A stretch of DNA of 64,000 nt from an uncultured Actinomycetota bacterium (lineage in GTDB: Bacteria; Actinomycetota; Thermoleophilia; Solirubrobacterales; Solirubrobacteraceae). A program made the position numbers and the translations under genes. The notes under the pieces are model-generated. The model searched no databases and was not told where the DNA came from. It saw only the letters and a list, made by a program, of their open reading frames with translations. This document shows positions 8,824 to 18,159 of this stretch, piece after piece. Numbering within the stretch: the stretch's first letter is position 1; the number at the start of each line of letters is the position of its first letter. The DNA is taken from positions 1,928,503 through 1,992,502 of the forward strand of contig CAWBNT010000001.1 in NCBI GenBank assembly GCA_963790265.1, given 5' to 3'.

Positions 8824-8871
8824 CGAATACGCCATCTCGCCGATGTACCACGAGCCTCTGCCGGTCAGTCT
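8824..8871 (+). promoter_or_regulatory. Putative operator plus -10 box of the FAD oxidoreductase gene
   Basis: CGAATACGCCATCTCGCCGATGTA (22/24 identical to 5340-5363), an 18-nt spacer, then CAGTCT. Confidence 0.6.
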
Positions 8872-8919
8872 CGCTAGCAATGAGGCCAGGCCTCGCAACG
8901 ACCAGAGATCGGAGGACGC

Positions 8920-10338
8920 ATGAGCCAAGAATTCGATGTGATCGTCGTGGGTGCGCGCTGCTCGGGGTCGCCGCTGGCGGCGCTGCTCGCACGCCGGGGC
9001 GTCAAGGTCGCGCTCGTGGAGCAGGCCAGCTTTCCGAGCGACACCCTCTCGACGCACATCTTCGAGGCCCAGGCGCTGACGTTCCTAGACCGCCTCGGGG
9101 TCATCGACAAGATACGCGCGACCGGCGCGCCATTCGTCGACCGCGTCGACTTGCGCGCGGAGGACCTCGAGTTCGTGACCTCGATTCAGCTGCATTCAGG
9201 CGACGTCGGCGGTACAGCATCGGTGCGTCGGCTGCTGCTCGATCCGATCCTGGCGCAGACCGCCGCGGAGGCGGGCGCCGATCTGCGGATGGCGAGCAAG
9301 GTGACAAGACTCCTCGAGGATCGGGGTCGAGTGGCTGGCGTGCGGGTCGCACAGAACGGCTCGGAGAGGACGCTCCGGGCACGGCTGGTTGTCGGCGCCG
9401 ACGGTCGCAACTCGACGATCGCAAGCCTTGTCGGGGCTCGCAAGTACAACCTCACGCCGAACGAGCGATTCCTCTATTGGTCCTTCTTCGAGGGAGTCGC
9501 GCCCGACCCCGATCCGGCATTTGTGTTCCACCGGTGGGGCAACCGGATGGTGATCGCGACGCCCGCCGACAGCGGCCTCTATCAGGTCATCCTGATCCCG
9601 GATCTGGTCGATCTCCCTCGCTTCAGGGAGGATCTGGAGGGCAGCTTCATGGAGTACGCGTGCAGCTGCCGGCCCGTGGCGCAGGCGCTCTCGAGCGCGC
9701 GGCGGACCGGGAAGTTGTTTGGGATGCTGCGCTGGGAGGGGTTCTTCCGGGAGGCCTCCGGCCCCGGCTGGGTGCTGGTCGGCGACGCCGGCAACTTCAA
9801 GGACCCAACACCGGGCCAGGGCATACAGGACGCGTTTCGGCAGGTCGACGCGCTCGTGCCAGCGATCGCAACCGCGCTGGATGGCTCCGGAGAAGACATC
9901 GATAGTGAGATGGCGGCCTGGGGCAGCTGGCGAGACAAGGACGCGGCCGAGCACTACTGGCTCGCGACCGATATGGGGAAGGCTGGGTCGACGCCCGCGG
10001 TGCTACCCGAGATTGAGAGGCGACTGCTGGAGCAGGGCAAGATAGGCACATTCCTGGATCTTTTCTATAGCCACCGGTCGCGGCCCTCGCAAGTCTTCAC
10101 CCCGCCGCGCCTGTTGGGCGCCACCGCCAGGCTGTTGGCGCGTCGGGGATGCGACCGGCGCTCGTTGCTTCGGGAGGTGGGCACGCTCCTGGCTGAGGAC
10201 TTCCAGCGAAAACGTCTCAACCGCAAGCCGGTGTACGCCGCCGCGGGCACGGCGCTCGACGCTGGCCCCTCCGACGTAGACGACACCGGCGAGGGCTGCC
10301 CTGCGCAAGTTAGAGGTGGGGGTGGCCGCGTACCGTGA
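8920..10338 (+). CDS. NAD(P)/FAD-dependent oxidoreductase (flavin monooxygenase / geranylgeranyl reductase-like)
   Basis: DVIVVGARCSG FAD motif, VVGADGRNS, GWVLVGDAGNFKDP.PGQGIQDA; GGAGG RBS. Confidence 0.9.
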   Translation: MSQEFDVIVVGARCSGSPLAALLARRGVKVALVEQASFPSDTLSTHIFEAQALTFLDRLGVIDKIRATGAPFVDRVDLRAEDLEFVTSIQLHSGDVGGTASVRRLLLDPILAQTAAEAGADLRMASKVTRLLEDRGRVAGVRVAQNGSERTLRARLVVGADGRNSTIASLVGARKYNLTPNERFLYWSFFEGVAPDPDPAFVFHRWGNRMVIATPADSGLYQVILIPDLVDLPRFREDLEGSFMEYACSCRPVAQALSSARRTGKLFGMLRWEGFFREASGPGWVLVGDAGNFKDPTPGQGIQDAFRQVDALVPAIATALDGSGEDIDSEMAAWGSWRDKDAAEHYWLATDMGKAGSTPAVLPEIERRLLEQGKIGTFLDLFYSHRSRPSQVFTPPRLLGATARLLARRGCDRRSLLREVGTLLAEDFQRKRLNRKPVYAAAGTALDAGPSDVDDTGEGCPAQVRGGGGRVP

Positions 10339-10356
10339 GCCAGCTCTGGTGGGTGA

Positions 10357-10620
10357 TGCGGTCATGCCGAGGCCGATGACGGGATCGAGGATCGGGGCGC
10401 CCGCGGCGATTGCGATGGCGCTCGCGATGACGGCAAGCGAGACGTCTGCGTCGGCGCGGGCCTGATCGCCGTCTGCGATCAGCGCGGGGCTTTCCATCCG
10501 GCGCCCGGCGCGGCTGCGTACCAGCACCGCGAGCCAGTTGCCGGCGAACCCGATCGCGCCGGCAAGCACGGGCGAGCAGGCGGGTGTGGATGGGTGCAGG
10601 AGCCGCAGGATCGACTCGTA
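10357..10620 (-). pseudogene. Fragment of a cation diffusion facilitator (CDF) transporter
   Basis: YESILRLLHP...GFAGNWLA...GRRMESPALIADG.QARAD...DPVIGL resembles CDF TM3-TM6; no 5' end; lies next to the IS end. Confidence 0.7.
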
Positions 10621-11654
10621 TGGCCGGCGTGCGGGTGGGCGTGACGCAGGATGCCGTGACGGTGCAGATCGCCGTCGACTAGCTGTAAGACCTGTGGAGG
10701 TTGGTGCGCTTTGAGGCGAGTGATCGGGGGCTTGTGGCTGAGGGCTGAGTGTTTTCGGTGATGGTTGTAGTAGAAGAGCCATCCGTCAAGGGCTGCGGTG
10801 CGCTCGGTGCTGTTGCGGTAGATCGCGCCGTAGGCCCAGCCGCCGAGCATAGTGCGGATGAACCGCTCTGCCTTGCCATTGGTTTGGGGGCGGTAAGGAC
10901 GGGTGCGCAGGTGGCGGATACCGAGCATGCGGCAGGCGATCGCGTGCACGCTTGAGCGGTAGGCGCCGCCGTTGTCGGTGAGCAGCTGCTGCACGGTCAT
11001 GCCGTGGCGCTCGAAGAACGCGACTGCGCGGTGAAGGAACGCGACGACGGTACTGGCCTTCTCGTTGGAGAGAACCTCGGCGTAGACCATGCGGGTGCAG
11101 TCATCGATCGCGATGTGCACGAACTCCCAGCCAACCATCTTGCGGCGGGTTCCAGAGCGATCTGAGCGCTCCCAGTTGTGGCGCGGCTTGCCCGTGACGC
11201 GCTTGCCAGCACCGCCCTGGATGCGTCCGAGCTTCTTGACGTCGATATGGATCAGCTCGCCTGGCCGCTCGCGCTCGTAGCGGACTGCTGGCTCCAGTCC
11301 GATCCGGCCGAGCTTGCCCATCCCGACGCTCAACAAGATCCCCGAGACGGTCGAGAGCGCCATCCCGAGCGTCTCAGCGATCTCGGGGCCCGTGAACCGC
11401 AACCGTCTAAGCGCAGCGATCGCCTGCACCCGCTCCTCCCTCGTGCGATGCGGGATCCGGTGTGGAGCAGAAGACCGATCGAACAGCCCGGTCTCGCCCT
11501 CTGCTCGATAGCGCCCCACCCACTTCCTGACGCACCGGACGCTGACTTCGGCGGCCTCGGCCGCCTTCGTCACCGTCCACGTCTCATCAACAACTCGCTT
11601 ACAAAGCAGTCGGCGCCTGTTCAGGCTGAGCGCCGCGTTAGCGTGCAGATTCAT
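10479..11654 (-). CDS. IS481-family transposase (C-terminus read through because of a 2-bp deletion near 10710)
   Basis: MNLHANAALS, PGELIHIDVKKL, HIAIDD, LLTDNG, TNGKAERF (DDE/rve). Confidence 0.92.
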   Translation of the reverse strand: MNLHANAALSLNRRRLLCKRVVDETWTVTKAAEAAEVSVRCVRKWVGRYRAEGETGLFDRSSAPHRIPHRTREERVQAIAALRRLRFTGPEIAETLGMALSTVSGILLSVGMGKLGRIGLEPAVRYERERPGELIHIDVKKLGRIQGGAGKRVTGKPRHNWERSDRSGTRRKMVGWEFVHIAIDDCTRMVYAEVLSNEKASTVVAFLHRAVAFFERHGMTVQQLLTDNGGAYRSSVHAIACRMLGIRHLRTRPYRPQTNGKAERFIRTMLGGWAYGAIYRNSTERTAALDGWLFYYNHHRKHSALSHKPPITRLKAHQPPQVLQLVDGDLHRHGILRHAHPHAGHTSRSCGSCTHPHPPARPCLPARSGSPATGSRCWYAAAPGAGWKAPR

Positions 11655-11735
11655 CCGGTTCTCCTTGGACTGGGGTGCTTGGCAGCTCCCAGCCTCCAAG
11701 GGGACCCGGATGAACCAACCTACTCAGGAACTACA
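10684..11735 (-). mobile_element. IS481-family insertion sequence (full length)
   Basis: TGT...ACA ends adjacent to CTAG sites; contains the transposase gene. Confidence 0.93.
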
Positions 11736-11760
11736 CCTAGCACCCTCGCCTCTTCGACGC

Positions 11761-12474
11761 TTAGATCAGCTCCAGCTGCGCGTAGGCCACCGACTGAAAC
11801 GACATCCGGTGCAGCGGGCTTGGCCCGAGCCGCAGGATCGCCTCACGGTGCTCCGGCGTGGAGTAGCCGACGTGCTGGGCGAAGCTCCAGCCGGGATGCA
11901 GCTCGTCAGCGTGGTGCATGAACCGATCGCGGGTCACCTTCGCGACGATCGAGGCGGCCGCGATCGCGGCGCTGCGCCCATCGCCGCCGATCACCGCCCT
12001 GTGCGGCAGCTCGAGATCGGGCAACGAGAAGCCGTCCACCAGGCGCGTGACATCGTGCTCGCAGCCGTCGGTGACCTGGCGCAGGGCGTCGGCGAGCGCG
12101 CTGAGGTTGGTCTTGTGCAGCCCGCGCCTGTCGATGCTGAGCGCGCTCCTTGTCACGACGCAGACACGGCGTGCAGTCGTGAGGATCAACGGGTACATCC
12201 GCTCGCGCGCCTCAGCGGTGTGCTGCTTTGAGTCATCGAGGTCGCGTAGGGCTCGGATCTGCGCCGGAGTGAGCGCCTGCACATCGAAGAGCACGGCGGC
12301 AGCGACGAGTGGGCCGGCGAGGCAGCCCCTGCCCGCCTCGTCGGCCCCGGCGATCAGACGGGTGCCGATCTCCCTGTCGAACTTGAACAGCCGGCGGCCC
12401 GAGCGAGTGGCCTTCTTGCGGGCAGCGCGCGCCCGGCCTGCGTCCGACTGCTTGGAGGCGGCGGCGACCGGCAT
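11761..12474 (-). CDS. rnhB: Ribonuclease HII
   Basis: IAGADEAGRGCLAGP, LDDSK, IAAASIVAKVTRD, HRMSF. Confidence 0.95.
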   Translation of the reverse strand: MPVAAASKQSDAGRARAARKKATRSGRRLFKFDREIGTRLIAGADEAGRGCLAGPLVAAAVLFDVQALTPAQIRALRDLDDSKQHTAEARERMYPLILTTARRVCVVTRSALSIDRRGLHKTNLSALADALRQVTDGCEHDVTRLVDGFSLPDLELPHRAVIGGDGRSAAIAAASIVAKVTRDRFMHHADELHPGWSFAQHVGYSTPEHREAILRLGPSPLHRMSFQSVAYAQLELI

Positions 12475-12487
12475 CCTTCAGCCCTGC

Positions 12488-13132
12488 TCAGAGCAGGCCG
12501 ATGCGATCGGGCGGCCAGTAGGTTGCGAAGGCAACGCCGATGATCCACTTCGTGGGGACCGGGCCCCAGAATCTGCTGTCGTCGGACTCGCCACGGTTGT
12601 CCCCCATCATGAACCAGTGTTCGGGCGGAACCTCGATCGGCGTCGGGAAATCGCACTCCGGGCTCCCTCCGCAGGGCGCGATGTAGGGGTCGTGCTCGCG
12701 CTTGTAGGGGCCACGCGCGCTCCTTGCGACGTAGGCGTGGCCTTCCTTGATGTAGATCCATTCTCCAGGCCCGGCGACCACGCGCTTGATGAAGTTGACG
12801 CTCGCCTCCTTGGGCACCGGCCGCGAGCAGGGCGCACCGCCGGAGCCGACGACGTGAGGCGGCCTGGCGATCGACCCGCAGATCTCGTGTTCTGCGCCCT
12901 GCGGAGGATGGAAGACGACGATGTCGCCGACCGAAGGGCTATCGAAGTGCATGCCGATCCGGTCGACCAGGACGCGCTGGCCCACCTTCAAGGTCGGTTC
13001 CATCGATCCGCTGGGGATCTCGTAGGGCTTGATGATGAATGCCTGGATCAGCAACGCCAAGCCAAGTGCGACCGCGACGATCACCACCAGCTCGATCAGC
13101 GAGCCGGTCCGCGACTTGGTGCGGGGGATCAC
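12488..13132 (-). CDS. lepB: Signal peptidase I
   Basis: [32 protein letters not shown]; GTG start overlaps the rplS stop. Confidence 0.93.
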   Translation of the reverse strand: MIPRTKSRTGSLIELVVIVAVALGLALLIQAFIIKPYEIPSGSMEPTLKVGQRVLVDRIGMHFDSPSVGDIVVFHPPQGAEHEICGSIARPPHVVGSGGAPCSRPVPKEASVNFIKRVVAGPGEWIYIKEGHAYVARSARGPYKREHDPYIAPCGGSPECDFPTPIEVPPEHWFMMGDNRGESDDSRFWGPVPTKWIIGVAFATYWPPDRIGLL

Positions 13133-13737
13133 GTGGCCTCGGGCTCGGCGGCGGACTCGGTGGCCTCGGGGGATGCCTGCGCATCCGCGCCGTCCTGCCC
13201 ATCGGCTTGTGCGTCCGCCGCGGGCTCGCCGGCCTGCTCCGTGCCATCCTCCGGCGCCTGCGCCGGAGTGTCCGCCACCTCTGAGACCGCCTCCGCGCCA
13301 CCGTCTGCGGCCGCGCCCTGCGGCCCCTCGGCGTCGGCGATCTCGGGCTGCTCCTGTGCCAGCAGCCCTGGCTCCACCGTCTCCTCCGGCCCCGTGTAGC
13401 GGCGCTCGCGGACGCGCGCGCGCTTTCCCACGCGGTCCCGGAGGTAGTAGAGCTTTGCCCTTCTGACGTCGCCGCGCGCGGCGACCTCGATCCGCTCGAT
13501 CTTCGGCGAGTGCAGCGGGAACATGCGCTCCACGCCGACGCCGAAAGAGTGCTTGCGCACTGTGAAGGTCTCCCTTACGCCATGCCCCTGGCGCTTGATC
13601 ACGACGCCCTCGAACACCTGCACCCTGCGCCTGCTGCCCTCGATCACCTGAAAGTGGACACGGACGCGATCGCCGGAGGCGAACTGTGGGACGCGGCGCA
13701 GCTGCGCGCGCTCGAGTCTGTCGATGACGCTGCTCAT
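13129..13737 (-). CDS. rplS: 50S ribosomal protein L19 with acidic C-terminal extension
   Basis: [25 protein letters not shown]. Confidence 0.96.
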   Translation of the reverse strand: MSSVIDRLERAQLRRVPQFASGDRVRVHFQVIEGSRRRVQVFEGVVIKRQGHGVRETFTVRKHSFGVGVERMFPLHSPKIERIEVAARGDVRRAKLYYLRDRVGKRARVRERRYTGPEETVEPGLLAQEQPEIADAEGPQGAAADGGAEAVSEVADTPAQAPEDGTEQAGEPAADAQADGQDGADAQASPEATESAAEPEAT

Positions 13738-13874
13738 GATCTGGAGTGAGTGTCGCGTACCGAGGCCTGGACACGCAGATGCGCAAGCGCAAGCCTCGAC
13801 GCGGTCCGCAATGGTAGCGGACCGGGGCCCCTTTGCGGCGCGTGAGCGCGCCGCCTGACACCCGGTGGCTCCTC

Positions 13875-14549
13875 TCAGGCCCGGTCGCGCTCGGCGCTGC
13901 GCTCGCGCCGCCACTGCCTGATCCGCTCGTGGTGGCCCGAGAGCAGGATCTCGGGCACCGGCCAGCCGCGGTACTCGGCCGGGCGCGTGTAGTGCGGGTA
14001 CTCGGGAGCGCCATCGAGTGCCTGGCTGAAGGACTCCTCGACCGCGGAGTCTCGATGCCCAAGCGCGCCCGGCAGCTTGCGCATCACCGCGTCGCAGAGC
14101 ACCATCGCCGCAAGCTCTCCGCCGGACAGGACGTAGCGGCCGATCGAGAGCGTCTCTGAGGCCAGGTGCTCCAGGATCCGCTCGTCGAAGCCCTCGTAGC
14201 GGCCACAGAGCAGCGTGATCTCCCGCTCCTGCGCAAGCTCGGTTGCATAGGCCTCATCGAAGAGCCTGCCCGAGGGCGTGAGCGCGATCACGCGGCGGCC
14301 GGCGCGCAGCTGCGCCGGATCGATGCCGTAGTGGCCTTTGAGTGCGGCGTCCATCACGTCGACCCTCAGCACCATGCCCGCGCCCCCGCCGTAGGGCGTG
14401 TCGTCCACCTGGCCTCCGCTGAGCGGCGTGTAGCCGCGAATGTCGACGCAGTTGAGGCTCGAGCCGGCGGTCAGCGCGTTGGCGATATGACGCTGGCCCA
14501 AGAACCAGTCGAACCAGTCGGGGAAGAGCGTGAAGACGTCGATGTTCAT
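13875..14549 (-). CDS. trmD: tRNA (guanine-N1)-methyltransferase
   Basis: [39 protein letters not shown]. Confidence 0.96.
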   Translation of the reverse strand: MNIDVFTLFPDWFDWFLGQRHIANALTAGSSLNCVDIRGYTPLSGGQVDDTPYGGGAGMVLRVDVMDAALKGHYGIDPAQLRAGRRVIALTPSGRLFDEAYATELAQEREITLLCGRYEGFDERILEHLASETLSIGRYVLSGGELAAMVLCDAVMRKLPGALGHRDSAVEESFSQALDGAPEYPHYTRPAEYRGWPVPEILLSGHHERIRQWRRERSAERDRA

Positions 14550-14622
14550 CGCGCCTGCATCCAGCGGGCATCCCGGACCTTCCGACAAGCCATCGAAGCA
14601 CGCTTGGCCGCACCCCCGGTGC

Positions 14623-15135
14623 TCATGCCTGCTCTCCGAGGAAGGCGAGGTCGATGTCGATCTGCCTACGCTCCATGTCCACGTTCCTGATCGCGTCTTT
14701 GACCATCGGCACCAGCAGCGCCTGCTCGCGCTCGCGGCTTACTTCCAACACCTCGCAGGAGGGCAGCTCCAGGAGCCTTGCGACCGTGCCGACCTCGCGC
14801 TGGCCGTCGCTGACGCGGCAACCCTCAAGCTCGTGCGCCCACCATTCGTCCTCCTGCAGCGACGGCGCCTGCTCGACGGAGACCTTGATCTCGAGACCTC
14901 GCAGGACGGCCAGCGCGTCACGATCGCCGACGCCCTCCAGGTGCAGGATCGGGCGCTCGGCGGTGCCGCCGCGCCGCGCGATCTTCAATGTCCGCTCGCC
15001 GATCTGCACGCAGATCCCGGTCTCGAGCAGGCGCGAGCGCGGGGCGCTGACATGGAAGCCGCCGTCGAGGCCGTGCGGCCGGCCCACCCGGCCGGCGGAG
15101 ATCTGAGCCTTGCCGCGCTCAGTCGACAATGTCAA
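14623..15135 (-). CDS. rimM: Ribosome maturation factor RimM
   Basis: GRVGRPHGLDG, LLVPMV; position in the rpsP-khpA-rimM-trmD-rplS cluster. Confidence 0.9.
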   Translation of the reverse strand: MTLSTERGKAQISAGRVGRPHGLDGGFHVSAPRSRLLETGICVQIGERTLKIARRGGTAERPILHLEGVGDRDALAVLRGLEIKVSVEQAPSLQEDEWWAHELEGCRVSDGQREVGTVARLLELPSCEVLEVSREREQALLVPMVKDAIRNVDMERRQIDIDLAFLGEQA

Positions 15136-15418
15136 GGAGCACCCGGCGCCCCTGCCCGTCGGCGCTCGCCCGCAGGACCGTGCGCAGCGCCTGGGCGGTG
15201 CGCCCGCCGCGGCCGATCACCTTGCCGTAGTCGTCTTCGGCGACGCTCAGCTCGAGCAGGATCGCGCCGTCGTCTTCGTCGAAGCGCTCGACCACAACGT
15301 CATCGGGATGGTCCACGAGTCCGCGTGCGAGGTAGGCGAGCAGGTCCTGGACCGGGCGTGCGGCAGAGCCCTCAGCGCCTTGATGCTCCTGCCCGGGCAA
15401 GGCGCGCTCCGCGATCAG
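15119..15418 (-). CDS. khpA: KH-domain RNA-binding protein (start uncertain)
   Basis: LVDHPDDV, DYGKVIGRGGRTAQALRTV. Confidence 0.88.
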   Translation of the reverse strand: MIAERALPGQEHQGAEGSAARPVQDLLAYLARGLVDHPDDVVVERFDEDDGAILLELSVAEDDYGKVIGRGGRTAQALRTVLRASADGQGRRVLLDIVD

Positions 15419-15672
15419 GCCTGGCCGGCGGGCCCGATGCCCTGGATGCGCAGCAGCTTGGCGACTGCCTCTGATGGCTGGGCGCCGCGCGCGAGCCAGC
15501 TGCGCGCCCGCTCCTCGTCGATCACGATCGTCGAGGGACTCGTCTGCGCATCGTAGTGGCCGATCGTCTCGATCACGCGACCGTCGCGCGGAGAGCGCTG
15601 GTCGGCGACGACCACGCGCCACTTGGGATCCTTCCTGCCGCCCACCCTGGTGAGCCTGAGCCTGACTGACAC
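15415..15672 (-). CDS. rpsP: 30S ribosomal protein S16
   Basis: VRLRLTRVG, VVADQRSPRDGRVIE, GAQPSE. Confidence 0.96.
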   Translation of the reverse strand: MSVRLRLTRVGGRKDPKWRVVVADQRSPRDGRVIETIGHYDAQTSPSTIVIDEERARSWLARGAQPSEAVAKLLRIQGIGPAGQA

Positions 15673-15747
15673 GTCGTCCTCTCTGACCGATCCCGCAAAC
15701 GCTGAGCGGGCTCATTTTGCTGATTTGGCCGTAGAGCTTAGCGGCTG

Positions 15748-17151
15748 TCAGCGCGCCTGGCGCATCAGAGCGCCGATGTCGGGCATCTTGCCGCGCCCCA
15801 CCTGGCGCATCAGCTTGCGCATCTGGCCGAACTGCTTGATGAGGCGGGAGACCTGCTGGACGTTCGTGCCCGACCCGCGCGCGATCCGCAGCCGGCGCGA
15901 GCCGTTGATGGTCTCCGGGCGCCGCCGCTCCTGCGGGGTCATCGAGAGGATGATGGCCTGCAGCCTGTCGAGCTCGCGCTCGTCCACGTTCATGTTGCGC
16001 AGCTGGGCGCCGCCGAGGCCGGGAATCATCCCCAGCAGGCTGGTCAGCGGCCCCATCCGCCGGATCGTCTTCAGCTGATCCAGGAAGTCGTCCAGGCCAA
16101 ACTCGTTGCGACGCAGCTTGCGTTGCATCTCGATCGCCTGCTGCTCGTCGAACTCCTTCTCGGCGGTCTCGATCAGGCTCATCACGTCGCCCATGCCGAG
16201 GATCCGCTGCGCGACGCGGTCGGGATGGAAGCGTTCGAACTCCTCCAGGCGCTCACCGGTGGATGCGAACAGGATCGGCCTGCCCGTGACGGCCAGCACC
16301 GAGAGCGCGGCCCCGCCGCGGGCGTCTCCGTCGAGCTTGCTCATAACGACGCCGTCGAACTGCACCGCCTCGGAGAAGCTCTCCGCCACGCCGACCGCGT
16401 CCTGGCCGGTCATCGCATCCAGCACGAGCAGCACGTTCTCGGGCTGCACCGCATCCCTGATCCGCACGAGCTCGGCCATCAGCTCCTCGTCCACGTGCAG
16501 GCGCCCGCTCGTGTCCACGATCAGCACGTCCTTGCCGTCCTGCTTTGCCTGCGCAAGGGCCCAGGAGGCGATCTCCACCGGGTCGCGTTCGGTTCCCTGC
16601 TCATAGACCGTCGCGCCCGCCTGCGCGCCGACCTTCACCAGCTGGTCGACTGCTGCTGGGCGATATACGTCGCAGGCGGCAAGCGCGACCGCCGAGCCGT
16701 GCTCCTCGCGCAGGTGGCGGGCGAGCTTGGCGGCCGCGGTGGTCTTGCCGGAGCCCTGCAGGCCCGACATCAGGATCACCGTCGGAGGGCTCGATGAGAA
16801 GCGCAGCTTGCGCTGCGCCGCCTCGTCCCCCGCCTCCTGAGCCGTGCCGTCCTCCACCGCAGCAGGCGCCAGGGCGCTCGATGCCGGGGCCCCCATCAGC
16901 TCCGCGAGCGCTTCGGCGACGATCTTCACGACCTGCTGGGCGGGGTTCAGCTTGCCCACGAGCTCGGCGCCAAGGCAGCGTTGCTTCACATCCGCGGTGA
17001 AGCGCTTTACAACCTTGAAGTTGACGTCCGCCTCCAGCAGCGCGAGCCGGATCTCGCGCATCGCGGCGTCGATGTCCTGCTCGCTCAGCGTGCCGTGGCG
17101 GCGGACCTCGGCAAGCGTCGCCTGCAGCCTCTCGGAGAGCGCCTCGAACAT
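15748..17151 (-). CDS. ffh: Signal recognition particle protein
   Basis: ALLEADVN, GLQGSGKTT, DTSGR, KLDGDARGG, RILGMGD, RIARGSG. Confidence 0.97.
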   Translation of the reverse strand: MFEALSERLQATLAEVRRHGTLSEQDIDAAMREIRLALLEADVNFKVVKRFTADVKQRCLGAELVGKLNPAQQVVKIVAEALAELMGAPASSALAPAAVEDGTAQEAGDEAAQRKLRFSSSPPTVILMSGLQGSGKTTAAAKLARHLREEHGSAVALAACDVYRPAAVDQLVKVGAQAGATVYEQGTERDPVEIASWALAQAKQDGKDVLIVDTSGRLHVDEELMAELVRIRDAVQPENVLLVLDAMTGQDAVGVAESFSEAVQFDGVVMSKLDGDARGGAALSVLAVTGRPILFASTGERLEEFERFHPDRVAQRILGMGDVMSLIETAEKEFDEQQAIEMQRKLRRNEFGLDDFLDQLKTIRRMGPLTSLLGMIPGLGGAQLRNMNVDERELDRLQAIILSMTPQERRRPETINGSRRLRIARGSGTNVQQVSRLIKQFGQMRKLMRQVGRGKMPDIGALMRQAR

Positions 17152-17159
17152 CTTCTGCT

Positions 17160-18104
17160 CTAGCTCTCCTCGGGCGCTTGCGTGCCCGCCGGAAGCTCGG
17201 CGCCCTTGGCGCCGCCGGCGCCATGATCGCCGCCCCCGCCGCGACCGCTGAGAGCCTCGCCGATGCCGCCGAAGGCCTGCGCGAACTCCGAGGGCACGAC
17301 GAACACCTTGTTTGCGTTGCCTTCAGCCAGTTGGGGCAGCATCTGCAGGTATTCGTAGCTGAGCAGCGCCTTGTCCGGTTTGCCCTCGTGGATCGCGGTG
17401 AAGACGGTGTCGATCGCCTTCGCTTCACCCTCGGAGCGCAGGATCGCCGCCTGCTTCTCGCCTTCGGCCTGCAGCACGGCCGCCTGCTTTTCGCCTTCGG
17501 CGGTAAGGATCGCAGCCTGCCGCTCGCCTTCGGCGGTAAGGATCGCGGCACGGCGGTCGCGCTCGGCGCGCATCTGCTTCTCCATCGCCGCCCTGATGTC
17601 CTGCGGCGGATCGACGGACTTGATCTCCACGCGGTTGATCCTGATCCCCCACTTGCCCGTCGCCTCGTCCAGGACCGTCCTCAGCTCAGCGTTGACGTTC
17701 TCCCGCGCTGTGAGCGTCTGCTCCAGCGTCAGCCCGCCGATCACGTTTCGCAGCGTGGTGACGGTGAGCTGCTCGATCGCCTGCAACGGGCTTGCGACTT
17801 CATAGCTGGCCGAGCGCGGGTCGGTGATCGTGAAGTAGAGGACCGTCTCGATCGCGACCACGACGTTGTCGTCGGTGATCACCGGCTGGGGCGAGAAGTT
17901 CACCACCTGCTCGCGCAGGTCGACCAGCGGGCGCACCCGTTCGACGAACGGGGTCACGACCGCGAGGCCCGGCTCGAGCGTGCGGCTGTAGCGGCCGAGG
18001 CGCTCGACGACCCCGGCCCTTGCCTGCGGGATGATCCTGATCGCCCTCGCCGCGACGAACAGCGCGAACAGGACGACTACCGCGACGACTATCAATGCGA
18101 CCAT
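17160..18104 (-). CDS. SPFH/band 7 (QmcA-like) protein
   Basis: VVERLGRY, TTLRNVIG, MEKQMRAERDRRA. Confidence 0.93.
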   Translation of the reverse strand: MVALIVVAVVVLFALFVAARAIRIIPQARAGVVERLGRYSRTLEPGLAVVTPFVERVRPLVDLREQVVNFSPQPVITDDNVVVAIETVLYFTITDPRSASYEVASPLQAIEQLTVTTLRNVIGGLTLEQTLTARENVNAELRTVLDEATGKWGIRINRVEIKSVDPPQDIRAAMEKQMRAERDRRAAILTAEGERQAAILTAEGEKQAAVLQAEGEKQAAILRSEGEAKAIDTVFTAIHEGKPDKALLSYEYLQMLPQLAEGNANKVFVVPSEFAQAFGGIGEALSGRGGGGDHGAGGAKGAELPAGTQAPEES

Positions 18105-18159
18105 CTCTGACCCAGTTCCTTTCTCATTGGCACTCGCCGACAGCGAGCTGCGGGCGCCC

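Larger units (their letters stand above)
5019..11735. mobile_element. IS481-bounded composite element (about 6.7 kb) with CCTAGC target-site duplication
   Basis: CCTAGC at 5013-5018 and 11736-11741 flank TGT...ACA ends with imperfect inverted repeats (TGTAGGTACCGGGAAGGTTGGT / TGTAGTTCCTGAGTAGGTTGGT). Confidence 0.75.

Noticed and set aside
17430-17560. 33-bp tandem repeats
   Set aside because: They encode the normal AAILTAEGExQ coiled-coil repeats of SPFH/QmcA proteins; this is not a CRISPR or VNTR element.
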